A DNA stretch of 63,584 nt, filler included, from Licmophora abbreviata (taxonomy: Eukaryota), in the NCBI GenBank assembly GCA_900291995.1. It is 9 parts of 9 records of this genome, joined end to end, with 100 filler letters (N's around TTAATTAATTAA, not from the genome) between each part and the next. Parts side by side here need not be neighbours in the genome. Positions count along the whole stretch, not along the records: positions 1 to 14,133 come from OLMU01000320.1; 8 more parts are not named here. One strand, given 5' to 3'. Of the stretch, positions 1 to 12,036 are shown piece by piece; position 1 is the stretch's first letter; each line of letters begins with the position of its first letter. The position numbers were made by a program, and so were the translations under genes. Under the pieces are notes generated by a model. That model had not been told where the DNA came from, did no database searches, and saw nothing but the letters and a program-made list of their open reading frames with translations.

Positions 1-3000
1 AAATGTGCCATGTACCACTTCTTTCCACTGGTCGCATCCGTGGAGGTATGTACGGTCCACCACTCGGGAGAGAGAGTCACCCCATCGTAAGCCTCGAGCC
101 TGTGGCGGACTTTGTGCGGCACGTTCGACTTCATGAGTTGGGTTTTGCAGAAGTGCTCCATGAGACAGCACAGTAAGTTGGTGGAAGGAATGTCGTACTG
201 TTCAAATGCACTTCCTGGATTTAGCTTCGTCAGAAACATCCTAGTAGACTTCTTGACGACCTTATTCGAGAAGGAGGCAATCGTGGTCGCCTTGCGATAA
301 AAGCCTTGCTTCCCCGGCGCCTTGTTCCTTGCGTTCATGGCAGAACCGGATTTGGCCTTGGAAGCGGCGGCGACTATATCGAAGGGCTGATGTGCGATGG
401 CTGACGGTGCTCTCTCTTTTCTCGGAGCGATGCGCGCAGTGGCATGGTCACTCTTCTTCTGTTTCGGAAGATCGACTCCGTTGTTCCTCTTGTGAAGATT
501 CTCAATGGCGAACGGATCGTCACACAATGACTCCCAGACTTGAGTCTCATATCCGTCTACCATGTCGAAGATGCTACACAACATTTTCACTTTTTCAGGA
601 TGACAAACAAGCTCTTCTCCCAAACCATCGCATGACGTGTTGAACGATACGGCTCGACGCAGTCGGTCTTTTATGTCGAGTTCCTTACGGGACTGAGAGG
701 GCTCTATTCCAAGTGATACAACCAAGGAGTCCCACGTATTCAGCCATCGCTCAGCCTCAGCGATATGCCCCTTCACCACTGGACCAGATGAGCCTGTAGA
801 CAATCCTTCGTCGAATTCGCTATCCGTCTTGGCGTATGGATGGAGTCCAAACGTCACGAATGCCAGCAACGGAAAGAGACGGCCAGGTGGAAGAAGAGTA
901 ATCCCTTCGGCCTTGATTCCTCCACCCCGAATGTCCAGGGTATTAGCGCAGCACGCGAACACTTCAATTGGGCCATTTGAGCAAACGGAAGAAGCTGGAA
1001 TGTTGTTTTCTTCAACGTAGACTTTCCTATCGGAAGAAAATTGTCTCCATCGCTGCGAGATCTTTGTCTGGTCTCTATCCAACGCGATCCTGACCAATTC
1101 CTCTTCGTCTATTTTGTCATCGTTCGGGCCGTTTTGCTTGGTGGAAGGAAAGTGTATGTCATGGTCCTTACGTCTTCCTGACGCCAATACAGACAGAATC
1201 CGTGCTCCCTCTGGAATATCGTCCAGAAGAGGTCGATTCCAACTGGGCTCTGCCTCCATATTTGCAGTTGCCCCGCCCTCAACTGGGCTCTCAAACTCTT
1301 TGAGAGGACCATTGTACCCTTCAGAGAATGTGATAGTCTGAGCAGACGTTGATTTTTCGTATGACGACACACAGATGCTCGGAGTACCAAATAGATCAAC
1401 AAGATCGACCCTTGAAACCTCTGTGCATTGTCCCCGGGACTCCAAAGAAAATTTCTGAGCTTTTTTATCCCGTTTTCCGTGGACTGCAAACGCACATTTT
1501 ATATTTCGTTTGATTTCGCCCAGATCAGAAGCGCTTCGCCTCAACTGACGGTCTAGCTTCTTCGCATCGCCGGCCGTCCACTTTCGAAGGAGAACGGCGT
1601 TGCTGCCCATCAAAGCTTCAGCTGCCTCCTGACGCCGCTTGATTTCCCATCGACCGCACGTCCGTTCTTTTCGGCCTCGACGATTGCCACCCGAATCTTC
1701 AAAGCCTACGAGGCACGTATCCTCATGTTTCGCCAAGTGCGCCTTTCGAAATCGTTCAAAAGAGTCCCATCGGCAAATTTCTTCCCTGACAAACAACCAA
1801 AGTTCGTTGTCCATTTTGTACCACGCGAAATCGTACTCTTTTTCTAGCATCAAGGATACGAACCTGGTTTCAAATTCGGGGAGGAACGTTTTCATATCGA
1901 AACCGGCCTCTGAAGGCACTGGCGTGAATGATCCTTTCTGGGTGATTTCTCGCTTCCCCTGCAACTGAAAGGAATGACGCTCTGGGTCAAGGACCTGAGA
2001 GAGCTGTTCTTCATTGATTGTGTCTCCTGTCAGCCGAAGAGTCAAAGTGCCATCGACGGTGCTTGTGGCCTGTATTGACTCGATAATGGTGTCGGTGAAA
2101 ACCCACACTTGAATGATACGAAGCAACGTTACCTTTGCGTGAGGCATCGTGATCGGCGGTGCAACGACACAAAGGCGGTCAGCATGGACGCCCGTAAAAT
2201 CCGCTACCCTCTTCCGTAAGCTGTTCCGTGTCGTCAATAGTCGCTTCACACGAGGCAAGGAAATGCAATAGTGATATGCCCACCCTGCCTTATGCTTTGC
2301 ACGCTCATACTCCCACAGCAAATTCATCGTCGCCAGCGGATCCGAGTAGAGGTTGGCATCGAAATGAGACTTGGACATGTAGGCTCTAGCTGTAAGATCT
2401 ACTAGGGCAGGGAGTTGAAAAAGTGAGAAGATGTAAAGCCTATCAGAGTTGGAAGCGCGAATGAGCCCACTCACCGTTGTAAGTGGCGGGACTGTGGTAC
2501 AGTGGGCTTGTAATGGCCCACGGTGTCTTAGGAAACGAGAGAACTGATGCCATTTCGACCGCTTCTGCACCGACGCCAAACTGTATTCCAAGTCCGATCA
2601 GCGATCCGAGCATCAGATCAATACCCAGCGACGAGACAAATGCCCCTAAGGAAGTGATATCGCCGTCGTCGTTTGGCGTAGTTATGAAGTTAGCCCGGCA
2701 TAGACTTTGAAAGGAGCGATCGATTGTGGACAGATCGGGGGGATCAAGGCACTGAAGAAGGACGGGCGTCGCTGCCTCCTGCAGCATCTCTTTTAAAGAA
2801 AGAATAACAGAGTCAAGAGGAATACGGAGCATCTCGCCCGTCTCAAACTGGTCCATATGTTCCGCAAACGTATCACGGGTATATAGCCTGTAGACGTTCC
2901 CGGGACGAACTCTCCCGGTGCGTCCTGCACGCTGAGTTGCACTTGCTCTGGATATCCACGCGGGCATCAACATCTGGCGATGGCTGCTCGGGTTGTAGAT

Positions 3001-5706
3001 AATCTGCTTGCAAAGACCGAGACAAATTACGTGATCCACGTTCGGTAGTGTCACGGAAGACTCAGCAGCATTGGTAGCGATGACGACTTTCACTTCGTCC
3101 TCACCAGGAGTGTCGAAGGCTGACATCTGCTCATCGAATGGAATGTCACTATGTATCGGAAAGCATGTAAAGCGCAATCCAGGAACGTACACTTTTTCAA
3201 TTAGATCGATAATCGAAATAATCTCGTTCATGCCTGGAACGAAAATTAGAACAGATGATCCAGGCTGGCCAACCGACAAGGTAGTTCGTACAGCGAGACG
3301 AACCAGATTGTCCATGTATGAGTTCGAGGGCGTCCCCGAACACTTTTGCCTAATGCAGTCGTTCATAATTCCTTTCGCAGCCTTCAAATCTGCAGGAGGT
3401 AACCTGATCTCCTTGATGAGGTCCTCTACAAAGTTCTCCTTGATCGGAAATCGCCGAGCTCCGACGTGGATAGGGGGCTCTGGGACAGAGAAGTACTGTT
3501 GGTAAAGTGTGGCTGCCATAGTAGCCGACATAAGAATCAGACGTATAGTAGGGTTCGCTTGGAGAAGGCGTCGGCACAACAGACACAATATGTCAGTGTC
3601 GACCGATCGTTCGTGAACCTCATCGATGATCAAGTGAGAACAATCGTGGAACTTCTCTGGGTGGTTGGCCAATAGGCGAACAAGATAGCCAGTTGTCACA
3701 AACCATGCCCGAGTCTGTGGCGTTTCGTACTCTCTGACACCATGGCCCATTCTAAGCGCGATCGCAAGCGTCAGATCTGGTTCGCAAGATCGCACGCGCT
3801 CCACTAGCGACTTTGCAGCGATCCTCCTCGGCTGCGAGATGAACATCTTGACGCTTCTAGCGATGGATCAGGTGGAGGGGAACGAAGAAGCATTACCGGT
3901 ACTCTTGAACTTTTTCCGCAGCCAGTCTCCCCGTGGATGATGGTGACTCGCTGTGACTTGACAGCGGCTATAATTGCGTCTTGGTGTTCGTCGATGGGAA
4001 GTTCGGTGCGTTCCACAGGTTTAGCTTCGCCCACTTCCTCTACAGTAGCAAGTTGCTTCGGAATGGACCGGGTCAAATCTCTTCCGCTCTTGAGTATACG
4101 ATGAAAGAGACGATGATCAAACAACAGCGAGGGAGATGTCAATTTCGCCGCAGCAGAAGTTCGATTGTTCCCAAAGACGAACGCAATGGTACTGTCAATC
4201 ACGAATGCGGCAAGCACATCTCTCCATTCCGGTCGAGTCACTGGCTCTTGTAAGAGAAGCGGATCAGAAGATCCATGAGTCGCCCCTATCTTTTGAATGG
4301 TGTCCACATGCTCTTGGAGCACGACTGGTGGCGTCTTTGCATCCTCAGTGTCGGACGAGTCCACGAACGCTTGCAGAGGACGCAAGATAGCATCCACCAG
4401 TGAAAACTCAAGAGGTCCGAGCATTGCTAGTTCTAGATGCAATTCGCTAGGCACATGCGGTCGATGAGGGTCGGCGCTAGCGTCTTCTACCTCGTCTTCG
4501 TCCAGTGGGAACCCACTCAAGTCGCCAAACGAGTACAGAGTGCGGATAAAGTCCATCGCAGATTCACTTTTCGGTAGCGCCGAAGAAACTCGAAAGTTGG
4601 CATTCTGATCTCGCAAGTGGTCCACGATTCCCATGAGATCAAAACTAGTTCCATTGAAATGGAGCTTTGCTTCACTAAATAGAGGAATCAAAACGGGTAC
4701 GATGGAGTTAGTAAAACCGTGAGTGCCTAGAACTGCACGTGCGGGACGAGCCACAAATCAAACCACTAGAAGATACTAACCGTGGACTTCCAATGTAATC
4801 ATTTCCCATTAGAATAGCCATTTCCACCATGGCATCATCTGAAGGTAGTTCAAAGTACTCGGCAATGTCGGCTCTCGTCAAGACACAGCCCGACACCACC
4901 ATGCCGCTAGCATCGAGAGTGTCCAACGGCACGTACTTGATATCACGAAACAAGCAGTAATCCGAATCCATACCCACGCTAAAGCACGTTGGGTCCTGTG
5001 CTGACGCTCTCGCCACCTCAATGTCAGCCTCTTCCTCACAGTCAATCATGGTAATGTTGGTGAATTTGGAAAGCGTCGATCGAACTTGTACCAACAACAA
5101 TCTTGTCATTGGAAACTGTTCCAGCATGCCTCTTTGACACAGCGTTTGGTTATTGCTTTTCTTCTTCTTTCCAACGGACGATGCCAAGATGCCATTCAAG
5201 CAGTACTGTTCGAGTCGGCCCCACTCGTCGTCGCGCGTCAATCGCCGTTTGCGTGTGGTGGCAGCCTTCATGCGTCGCCGGTCGCCGTCCCAGTAGATTA
5301 CCAATCGCATGTGGGAGTTCTGAAGGCACGCGACGAATTCATTTGTTACTTTCTCCAATACCTGCAGCGGCATAAACTGCGGCAGTAACTGCGTCACTTG
5401 TGATTCACTCAAGGCCTTCTTTTTGGGACAAGCACAGAATAATTGTTCTGTGGAAGACGACCTCCGATTGGAGGATGTCACAGCATCAAAGTGCCGTGCA
5501 TAGGCTACATCATGCAGATAATACGCCAACCCATTCCCATCCAACGCCAATGTCGAATGCGGAGGCAGCTGTTGCATACGATCGGCCGCCGACCCGGTCG
5601 ACAGGAACGTGGACGAGGTATCCCGCCATAACGTGGGCGCGCACGACGTTTCCGAAGGCAGCCAGCCCTCCTCTCTAAGCAATCGAATGAGCCCCTTCAC
5701 GCCCAT
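1..5706 (-). CDS. PIN (XPG/Asteroid/FAM120-like) nuclease - DEAH/RHA RNA helicase fusion protein; 3' end runs off the window; apparent 1-bp frameshift near 3855
   Basis: Exons 5706-4781, 4674-2475 and 2398-<1. Intron 4675-4780 (GTTAGT...TACTAAC...TTTAG) gives in-frame GNDYIGSPR-EAKLHF. Intron 2399-2474 (GTGAGT...TAGTAG) gives ATYN-DLTARAY. PIN motifs: MGVKGL, LDGN, YWDG, EEAD, DSDY, GNDY. Helicase motifs: GETGCGKS, QPRRIAA, DEVHER, SAT, ATNAAESSVT, QRAGRTGR. The last exon reads open for about 800 codons to position 1 (hand translated; absent from the ORF track because it has no stop). Confidence 0.8.
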
Positions 5707-6023
5707 GGTCGTTACTCTTGCATCAAATGGCGAAACCTGATAATGTAGTAGGCAGTAGACTGTCGAATGTTTTCAATGTTTGTGGTTGTTATTCGGGTTT
5801 TTACCTTGGACCACAATCAAAATGTGGGGTGATGATGGGCGATTGCTTTTGACCGAGATATGATTCGACTGATTCGACTCAATTCATTTTTTAAGACCTC
5901 GTACTCGTAAATGATTCCATAATGGGTCATGAGCTCGTCGCTCACCGCCACGAAAATCTTCCCGCCATCGAAATTTCGAAGCTTCCATTCCTCATCTCAA
6001 CTCATCAGCAGAGTAGATCCACC

Positions 6024-9000
6024 ATGGCGCGCAAGAAGACGGGAAGCAAAGATAAGACTCCCTCCAAGGAGGTGGAGACACCAGAGAAGAGTGAATCCGA
6101 GACCCGGGTGAAGACTCGAAGCAGTCCTAGGCGAACGCGCCAAACTTCGGCATCATCCGCTTCCAAGTCGGGCAGAAAGTCGAGTGAAGATAGCACTGTA
6201 TCCACGCGAAAAAGGAAAAAATCGAAGACACCTCCATCAAAGTCCAAGAAGGTTTCCAGTCCGTCGACTCCTACGGACTATGGCACTGGCATCAACCATG
6301 CGTCTCGATCCTCACTAGCGGAAAAATCCAAGGCCACCATCACGCAAGTAGAGCCACGAGACGACAGCGACGCACTCGAGCTCCCCACAAAGCCTCCTCC
6401 CACCATGGACGTTTCCGTGCACCGACTTCGGCACCTTGGCTACGTCCCAAAGCCTATTTTGTGTTTGGCAGCCACTCCGTTTGATCCCCAAGCGTGTGAC
6501 TATGTTGCTACAAGTCGCGACAATGGACATGTTGAACTGCGCTGTCCTGACGAAAAGTGGAGAACAGTGGCGATGGTGACCGGGCTTCGTTCTCGTACTG
6601 TCGACGCTATGGCTTGGACCTATGGGGCGTACAGTGAAGAGATGAGCAGCAAGCTAGATGCGACCGGCGTTACGTTTTCATCTGCTTTTCATAAATCGCA
6701 TTCTCAGACGCACGCTAGAAGGACGCTTGTGGGTGCGTCTCGGGACGGTACCATCTTTGTGTTGGACTTTCGCACGGGTCGACATCTGGCTGTGACTGGA
6801 AGTGGTGGAGGAGGAGTCTTCTCGCTGGCATCGTTGTATGGTAGCAGCAGCAGTGGCGGGCAAAGCGGATGCTCCGACATGGTCGCAGCTGGATGCGAAG
6901 ATGGATCCGTTAGGATTTACAAGGTGAACCGAGAACAGGACCGCACCAAGCTGGAGCTTGTCTCAACAATCCCGTGTGCAAGCTCGTCTATTTTATCGCT
7001 TGCCTGGAGGCGTCACTCGAACGATTTGCAAGGACGTGGGATGCGAGGGTCTGTATTGTACGCAGGGGCGGCGGATGGAACTATTCGACGATACGACTGT
7101 GAGTCGGCACTAGAGACTGCTAGAGCATCAGGAACGTCAGCCCATGCCATAAGTACCGGGTCATCGTTGTTGGTCGAGGGTCGCAACAGTGAGGCCGCCA
7201 GCTGGAAGTCTACACTTCGAATGACGGTGGAGTCTTACGGTCGCGCGACACCGACTCGAGTTTGGGCACTCAAAGCTCTTAGTGATGGAACAGTAATTTC
7301 TGGGGACTCGCTGGGCCACGTTCAGTTTTGGGATGGAAGCAAGGGAACACTGCTTGAATCGTTCGACCAGAACGATAGTAAGGCGGACGTTCTGGCACTC
7401 GCTATGAGTGCCGATGAGTGTCGCATCTACGCCAGTGGCGTCGACTCTCGAGTTGTGTGCATTGAGCGCACTCCACCCTCTGCCGGGACTGACGCGCCTG
7501 TGGATACGCGACAGTGGATCATGACGCATGCGCAGCGCCCCCACACGCACGACGTGAAATCTCTTGCAGTGTGTCGACTTCAAGACACATCGGGCGCTGT
7601 CAAGCCTCGCGAGAAGGCAGGAGAAATTCTTTGTAGCGGAGGTGTCGATACGAAACTTTGTACTTATTTAATGAAGGACTTTCGGAAAGCTCGACCAAAG
7701 AACTGGTATCCCTGGCCCTCAGTGTCACCAATTGCGGTGGCGAGTGAATCTCGTCTTTTGACCATGACACGAGAAGACCGAGTGGATATACATCGACTCG
7801 CATCAATCAAGTCAGGAGTCTCGTTTCCAGTGCTGGTCCCCGAAGAGGACACACTCATGGGATCCATCGAGATCGAAGGCACTAGCAATCTCATGTGTTC
7901 TGCAATTTCGAAAAACGGCAGGTTCGTGGCGCTAAGTGATTCCTCAAGCATGATGTTGTTTCGCGTCACCGTCACGGCTGAACGAACTGACATTTCGCGT
8001 GTCAAGCTTCCTTCGCCGCTACGAGACCCTTGTACGTCGTTGAAGTTCGCGTCGAACGGGCGCCTGATCTGTGCAGGCGTGAGCAGGCGCATTGTAATTG
8101 TGCGTCTAGCAGAAGGTGACGACGGAGTTATCGTTTCGCTGGATACTGATCTTGGTCACCAACCAGCTGGTGCAGCGCTTTCTTGCATTCGAGATTTGCA
8201 GATCAGCGACGAGGGAAACTGGTTAGCGACTTCGCATAGCAGTCTCGGTAGTGACGCAGTTCAGGTTTATTGCATCGCTTCTGGAAACTCCAGACGTTGG
8301 TGGTCGCTTCCGCCGTTGGGAGCTCCAGGCTCTTCTGTTCGCTTCATTGGGGGGGAATCAATCCAGCTTGCTGTTGCCTGCACAAACTTTGCCTTCTACG
8401 TCTTCGATGTTCAAAACAAACAACTTAGTCAATGGAGCGAAACGGCTGGCTTTCCCGTGTCACCGTCTCTGCCATCTGAACTCAAGCATCGCGGCGACTA
8501 TCCAGTCCGATTTGCCTTCGACGCCGCTTCGCCGGACAGATTTCTCATGGTGAGTCCCAATGGCAGACGAAGTGCATGCAAGAACGTTATTACGGCGCCC
8601 CTTTACGTTTTCGGTGGGGTGTCGGATTGTCACTCTTGCAAGAAGAACGACTCCTTATTTCGCCCGTCAGTGTGATCCTTACAAGCTCTGGTGGTATAGT
8701 ACGAGGAAACACTTTTACTCACTCGCATGTGTCTATGTCGTGCTGCTGCTAGGGATCATTTGGGGCCTTCTCCGTAGTCAATATGAAGAAGGGGCTGCCA
8801 CGACACTGCAGAGTCTTTCCAGAGACACATGTACGAGGTAGGAAGCGAAATAGGGGCAGTGACGACCCCGAAGAATTAGTGAACAGGTCCAACTGCATCA
8901 TTTGTCTACGATACAACAGCATGCTCTACATGGACTACGTTGCAGAAAACGAGCTACTCGTAGTCGAAGAGCCGTGGCTCAACGTCGTCGCCTCCTTCCC

Positions 9001-9034
9001 GGACGCGCTTGAGCGGAAGATCTATGGAAGCTAG
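6024..9034 (+). CDS. UTP4: U3 snoRNA-associated WD40 protein Utp4/cirhin
   Basis: join(6024..8549,8753..9034) with a GTGAGT...CTAG phase-0 intron. WD40 repeats with ISGDSLGHVQFWD and HTHDVKSL; C-terminal LLVVEEPW...PDALERKIYGS typical of Utp4; basic Ser-rich N-terminal extension. Confidence 0.85.
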
Positions 9035-9579
9035 ACGGCCAATTTTGGTAAGTAGCGATCGGGCATTGGGTCGACGACCCGTAGAATACGTGGTAGAGGC
9101 AAGAATGCAGCGGTTCCAGATTTCTCCTACTATCTGAGACCTTCCATTCAAGAATTGACTTGCAAAATAGAGGTATCTCTTGTTTGAGCTGCCCGTGCCT
9201 TTTTGTGTCACGGGCAGTATAATCTGAGACAACATCCGCGACCCACATCACTTGCTCATTTTGATGTTTTGCTATTTTCATTTTAGGGACGAAAGATCGA
9301 CCGAATCACCTCCGGAGATCGTTCAAGAACTCGAAGGCCGCAGCCTATGTGGATGAGTACGGTAAATAGGCGAGCAATGCTTCGCTGGAAAATTCGTTGG
9401 CCTCGTTTCTGTAACGCTGATCCCAGTAGAAGAACCAAGATCGTCTGTTTAATGGCTGAGACTCGAAGCAACGCAGTCGTTGTACCTGGTTGAAAATTAA
9501 ATTGTCGACAGCTCCACCAGGACAGTGGCATGATTAGCCATTAGCATTCATTAAACTCCCTAATTATATTCTTCCATGA

Positions 9580-11676
9580 CTAATGGAATCTCATCCATCC
9601 AGTTCTGAAGCTGGGCAGACGACGAGGTTCAGCATCTTCGTGGTCCTCCTCATCATCTTCATCATCGAACCCGAGCAACGTTCCCATGTCTTCCAATCCA
9701 ACATATTTTACATTGTTCTCCTCTTTCGGAGGTTCGAGATTCATGCTACCCGCCCAAAGCGGCCCAAGCAGACCTGCCTCGTTCGCCTTTCTTTCGTGCA
9801 TGGCCAGCGTCTGCTCCAGTGAAGGAGCCGGCTCTTTCTTGCGAGCTGGCGGTTGAAACTTGACAGTGTCGATATGGATTTCGCTTTGAGACTGATTGAA
9901 CGCTGACTTGACGCCCTCCTGGAGAACTTCGACGTTGACGGGAGGAAGTTGGCCCCCGCCGCCATCGCTGCTCTTGTTCCATTCACGTGCTGCCTTTATA
10001 TCCTTGGCCCAAAACGAGCTTTTCTGCTCGGATGGTGCGACTTCTTTTATCTCAAACATAACAATACCGCTCACCCAAATACAAAGAATGTTTATAATCG
10101 TCAGAGCCAATGATATGCCACCAATGACCGCAAAGTCGTGCGCATCTTTGTCGTTCGAGTTGACAACAGCTCCAACGGCGAGAAAGAATGAGTAGACGAA
10201 ACACACGCCGGTGTTGACGGCGGGTGGAAGAAGAGACGCGCTAATCGCCACACCCACCAGGCTGCTGGTGTTGCCACCCAGTATAGATAGACAGACGCCC
10301 ATTCCCGAGGGAATTGCAATGGCAATACCTGTCAAGAGTCCCGTTGGCTCGCCTCGAATCTGCATCTCATTTGTTGGCCAGTCTTCTGCGAGACTCGTGA
10401 AGCTGCTGGCGAGACCCACCAAGACACCGATAATGACACAGCCAAGCAATGCCAACACCTCATTGAAGAGGGACGATTTAACAAGAATCCAATCTTGAAT
10501 CCGAGTGCCAAACGTGCAACCAAGAACAGGACCCATAATGGGTGAAACAAGCATAGACGCGACAATCACAACTGTATTCTCCGTGATCAGTCCGACCCCA
10601 GCCAATATCGATGCCACGGTCAGCAACGCCAGAAAATCAAAGGACAAGGCCGACTGTTCCACTATCTGCTCTCGGACTTGCTCGATCCGTAACTTTGTGG
10701 CAGCATTTTTCCATTCTTGTCGAGCCTCCCGAATTATTCTTTCATTCCTGAGTCTCTCTTGCTCTTCGTTGCTAGGAGCCTCCATGTCAACGTCCTCCTC
10801 TGCCACCTTGTCAAGGCCTCCAGCGACGGACACAGCTGGAGTTACACTACCTGACTTTGACTTTTCTTCTTCGGCCAGGGCAGGCAAATGCGCGTAGGGC
10901 GATGCCGTCCGACACAGTTCTGCTCGAAACACGCTTACGGTTCCGGTGTCGGTACCGACTCCAATTCGTTCCAATCGGTCGAGAATGGTCCCCAGCGAAG
11001 CCGGTCGCGCCATGACCTGGGCTTGGATCCAAGCCCGCGTTACAACAGATTCATCACTTCCTTGTCTCTTCAGTTTCATGTTATTATCAGGAGCCTTGGT
11101 ATCCTCAATTCTTCGATGTGTAACAGTGTAGACGGGAAAGTTGAGCAGGTGCCACTCTTGCAACAAGGCTTGAAAGGTAATCCTGAGCAGTTCTTCAACA
11201 TTGATTTCTGCATCATCAGGATCCTCGCTCATTTTTCTCACCGCTGCCGCTTCTTCCGGGGACACCTTGTCCTCGTCGTCGTCCTCCTCCTCTTTTTTGC
11301 TTTCTTCTTCCTTCGACGTTGGCTCGTCATGTTGTAGCTCGTCCTTCACCGCTTCTGTCGTTGCAAGCACTTTCTTTTTGGCAATAGACTGTATAAATAG
11401 CTCAGCCTTGTGTTCACCGTCTGGAACTATCTGTTCCTCTTCATCTGCTGTTGATTCTGAAATTTTGTCTACAAGTGGGGCAGTATCCACAACTGCGGCT
11501 GGAGCATCGTATATCCGTGGTTGTTCGTCTGGTTGTTTGGGAGCCAACGCCTTAACGTCATTGCTCGATCCCGTTTCACTTTTCTGTTTTACAGAAAAGA
11601 TGCGAGGGGCAACAATCGAGACCAACAACGCCTTGGTAGTCGAGGTGGGGCCGTCAGTATTCAACGAGAGGGACAT
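9580..11676 (-). CDS. DUF389 (TIGR00341-like) multi-pass membrane protein
   Basis: Single ORF from the likely ATG of MSLSLNTDG. Motifs VVIVASMLVSPIMGPV and SLVGVAISASLLPPAVNTG, about 7 hydrophobic helices, acidic N-terminal region. Confidence 0.8.
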   Translation of the reverse strand: MSLSLNTDGPTSTTKALLVSIVAPRIFSVKQKSETGSSNDVKALAPKQPDEQPRIYDAPAAVVDTAPLVDKISESTADEEEQIVPDGEHKAELFIQSIAKKKVLATTEAVKDELQHDEPTSKEEESKKEEEDDDEDKVSPEEAAAVRKMSEDPDDAEINVEELLRITFQALLQEWHLLNFPVYTVTHRRIEDTKAPDNNMKLKRQGSDESVVTRAWIQAQVMARPASLGTILDRLERIGVGTDTGTVSVFRAELCRTASPYAHLPALAEEEKSKSGSVTPAVSVAGGLDKVAEEDVDMEAPSNEEQERLRNERIIREARQEWKNAATKLRIEQVREQIVEQSALSFDFLALLTVASILAGVGLITENTVVIVASMLVSPIMGPVLGCTFGTRIQDWILVKSSLFNEVLALLGCVIIGVLVGLASSFTSLAEDWPTNEMQIRGEPTGLLTGIAIAIPSGMGVCLSILGGNTSSLVGVAISASLLPPAVNTGVCFVYSFFLAVGAVVNSNDKDAHDFAVIGGISLALTIINILCIWVSGIVMFEIKEVAPSEQKSSFWAKDIKAAREWNKSSDGGGGQLPPVNVEVLQEGVKSAFNQSQSEIHIDTVKFQPPARKKEPAPSLEQTLAMHERKANEAGLLGPLWAGSMNLEPPKEENNVKYVGLEDMGTLLGFDDEDDEEDHEDAEPRRLPSFRTGWMRFH

Positions 11677-12036
11677 GGTGGCGACCCGCACGAGACATAC
11701 AGGAAATAATACGACTCGACTCACTCACTCCTCGCTTCGTCGCCGTCGAACTGATCCGTTTCGGGACTTCAAACTTCCAATCCTCCAATTGATGAGAGGG
11801 CTGAGACACGACTGTGACGTGATTCATTCTCAGTCATGCTCAGTCATGAGTGACGCACTTTAAATATTTTTTTACGCGAACATGCCTTTTTTAGAAGGCC
11901 TTTTTTAGAAGGGCGGCGGCGCCGATGCAACCATGATGATGATGGTAGGATTCAAGAAGGGCAACAGCGGCGACATAGAATATCCAAGGCGTCGATCAGA
12001 CCTTCAATATCCGGGAGCAGCACCAGATCTCACACC

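Noticed and set aside
112..1968. Short ORF-track entries at the left end
   Set aside because: They are antisense or off-frame shadows of the long minus-strand helicase exon.
11201..11863. 220-aa Ser-rich plus-strand ORF and similar overlapping ORFs elsewhere
   Set aside because: Antisense to Glu/Asp-rich coding sequence, with no independent motifs.
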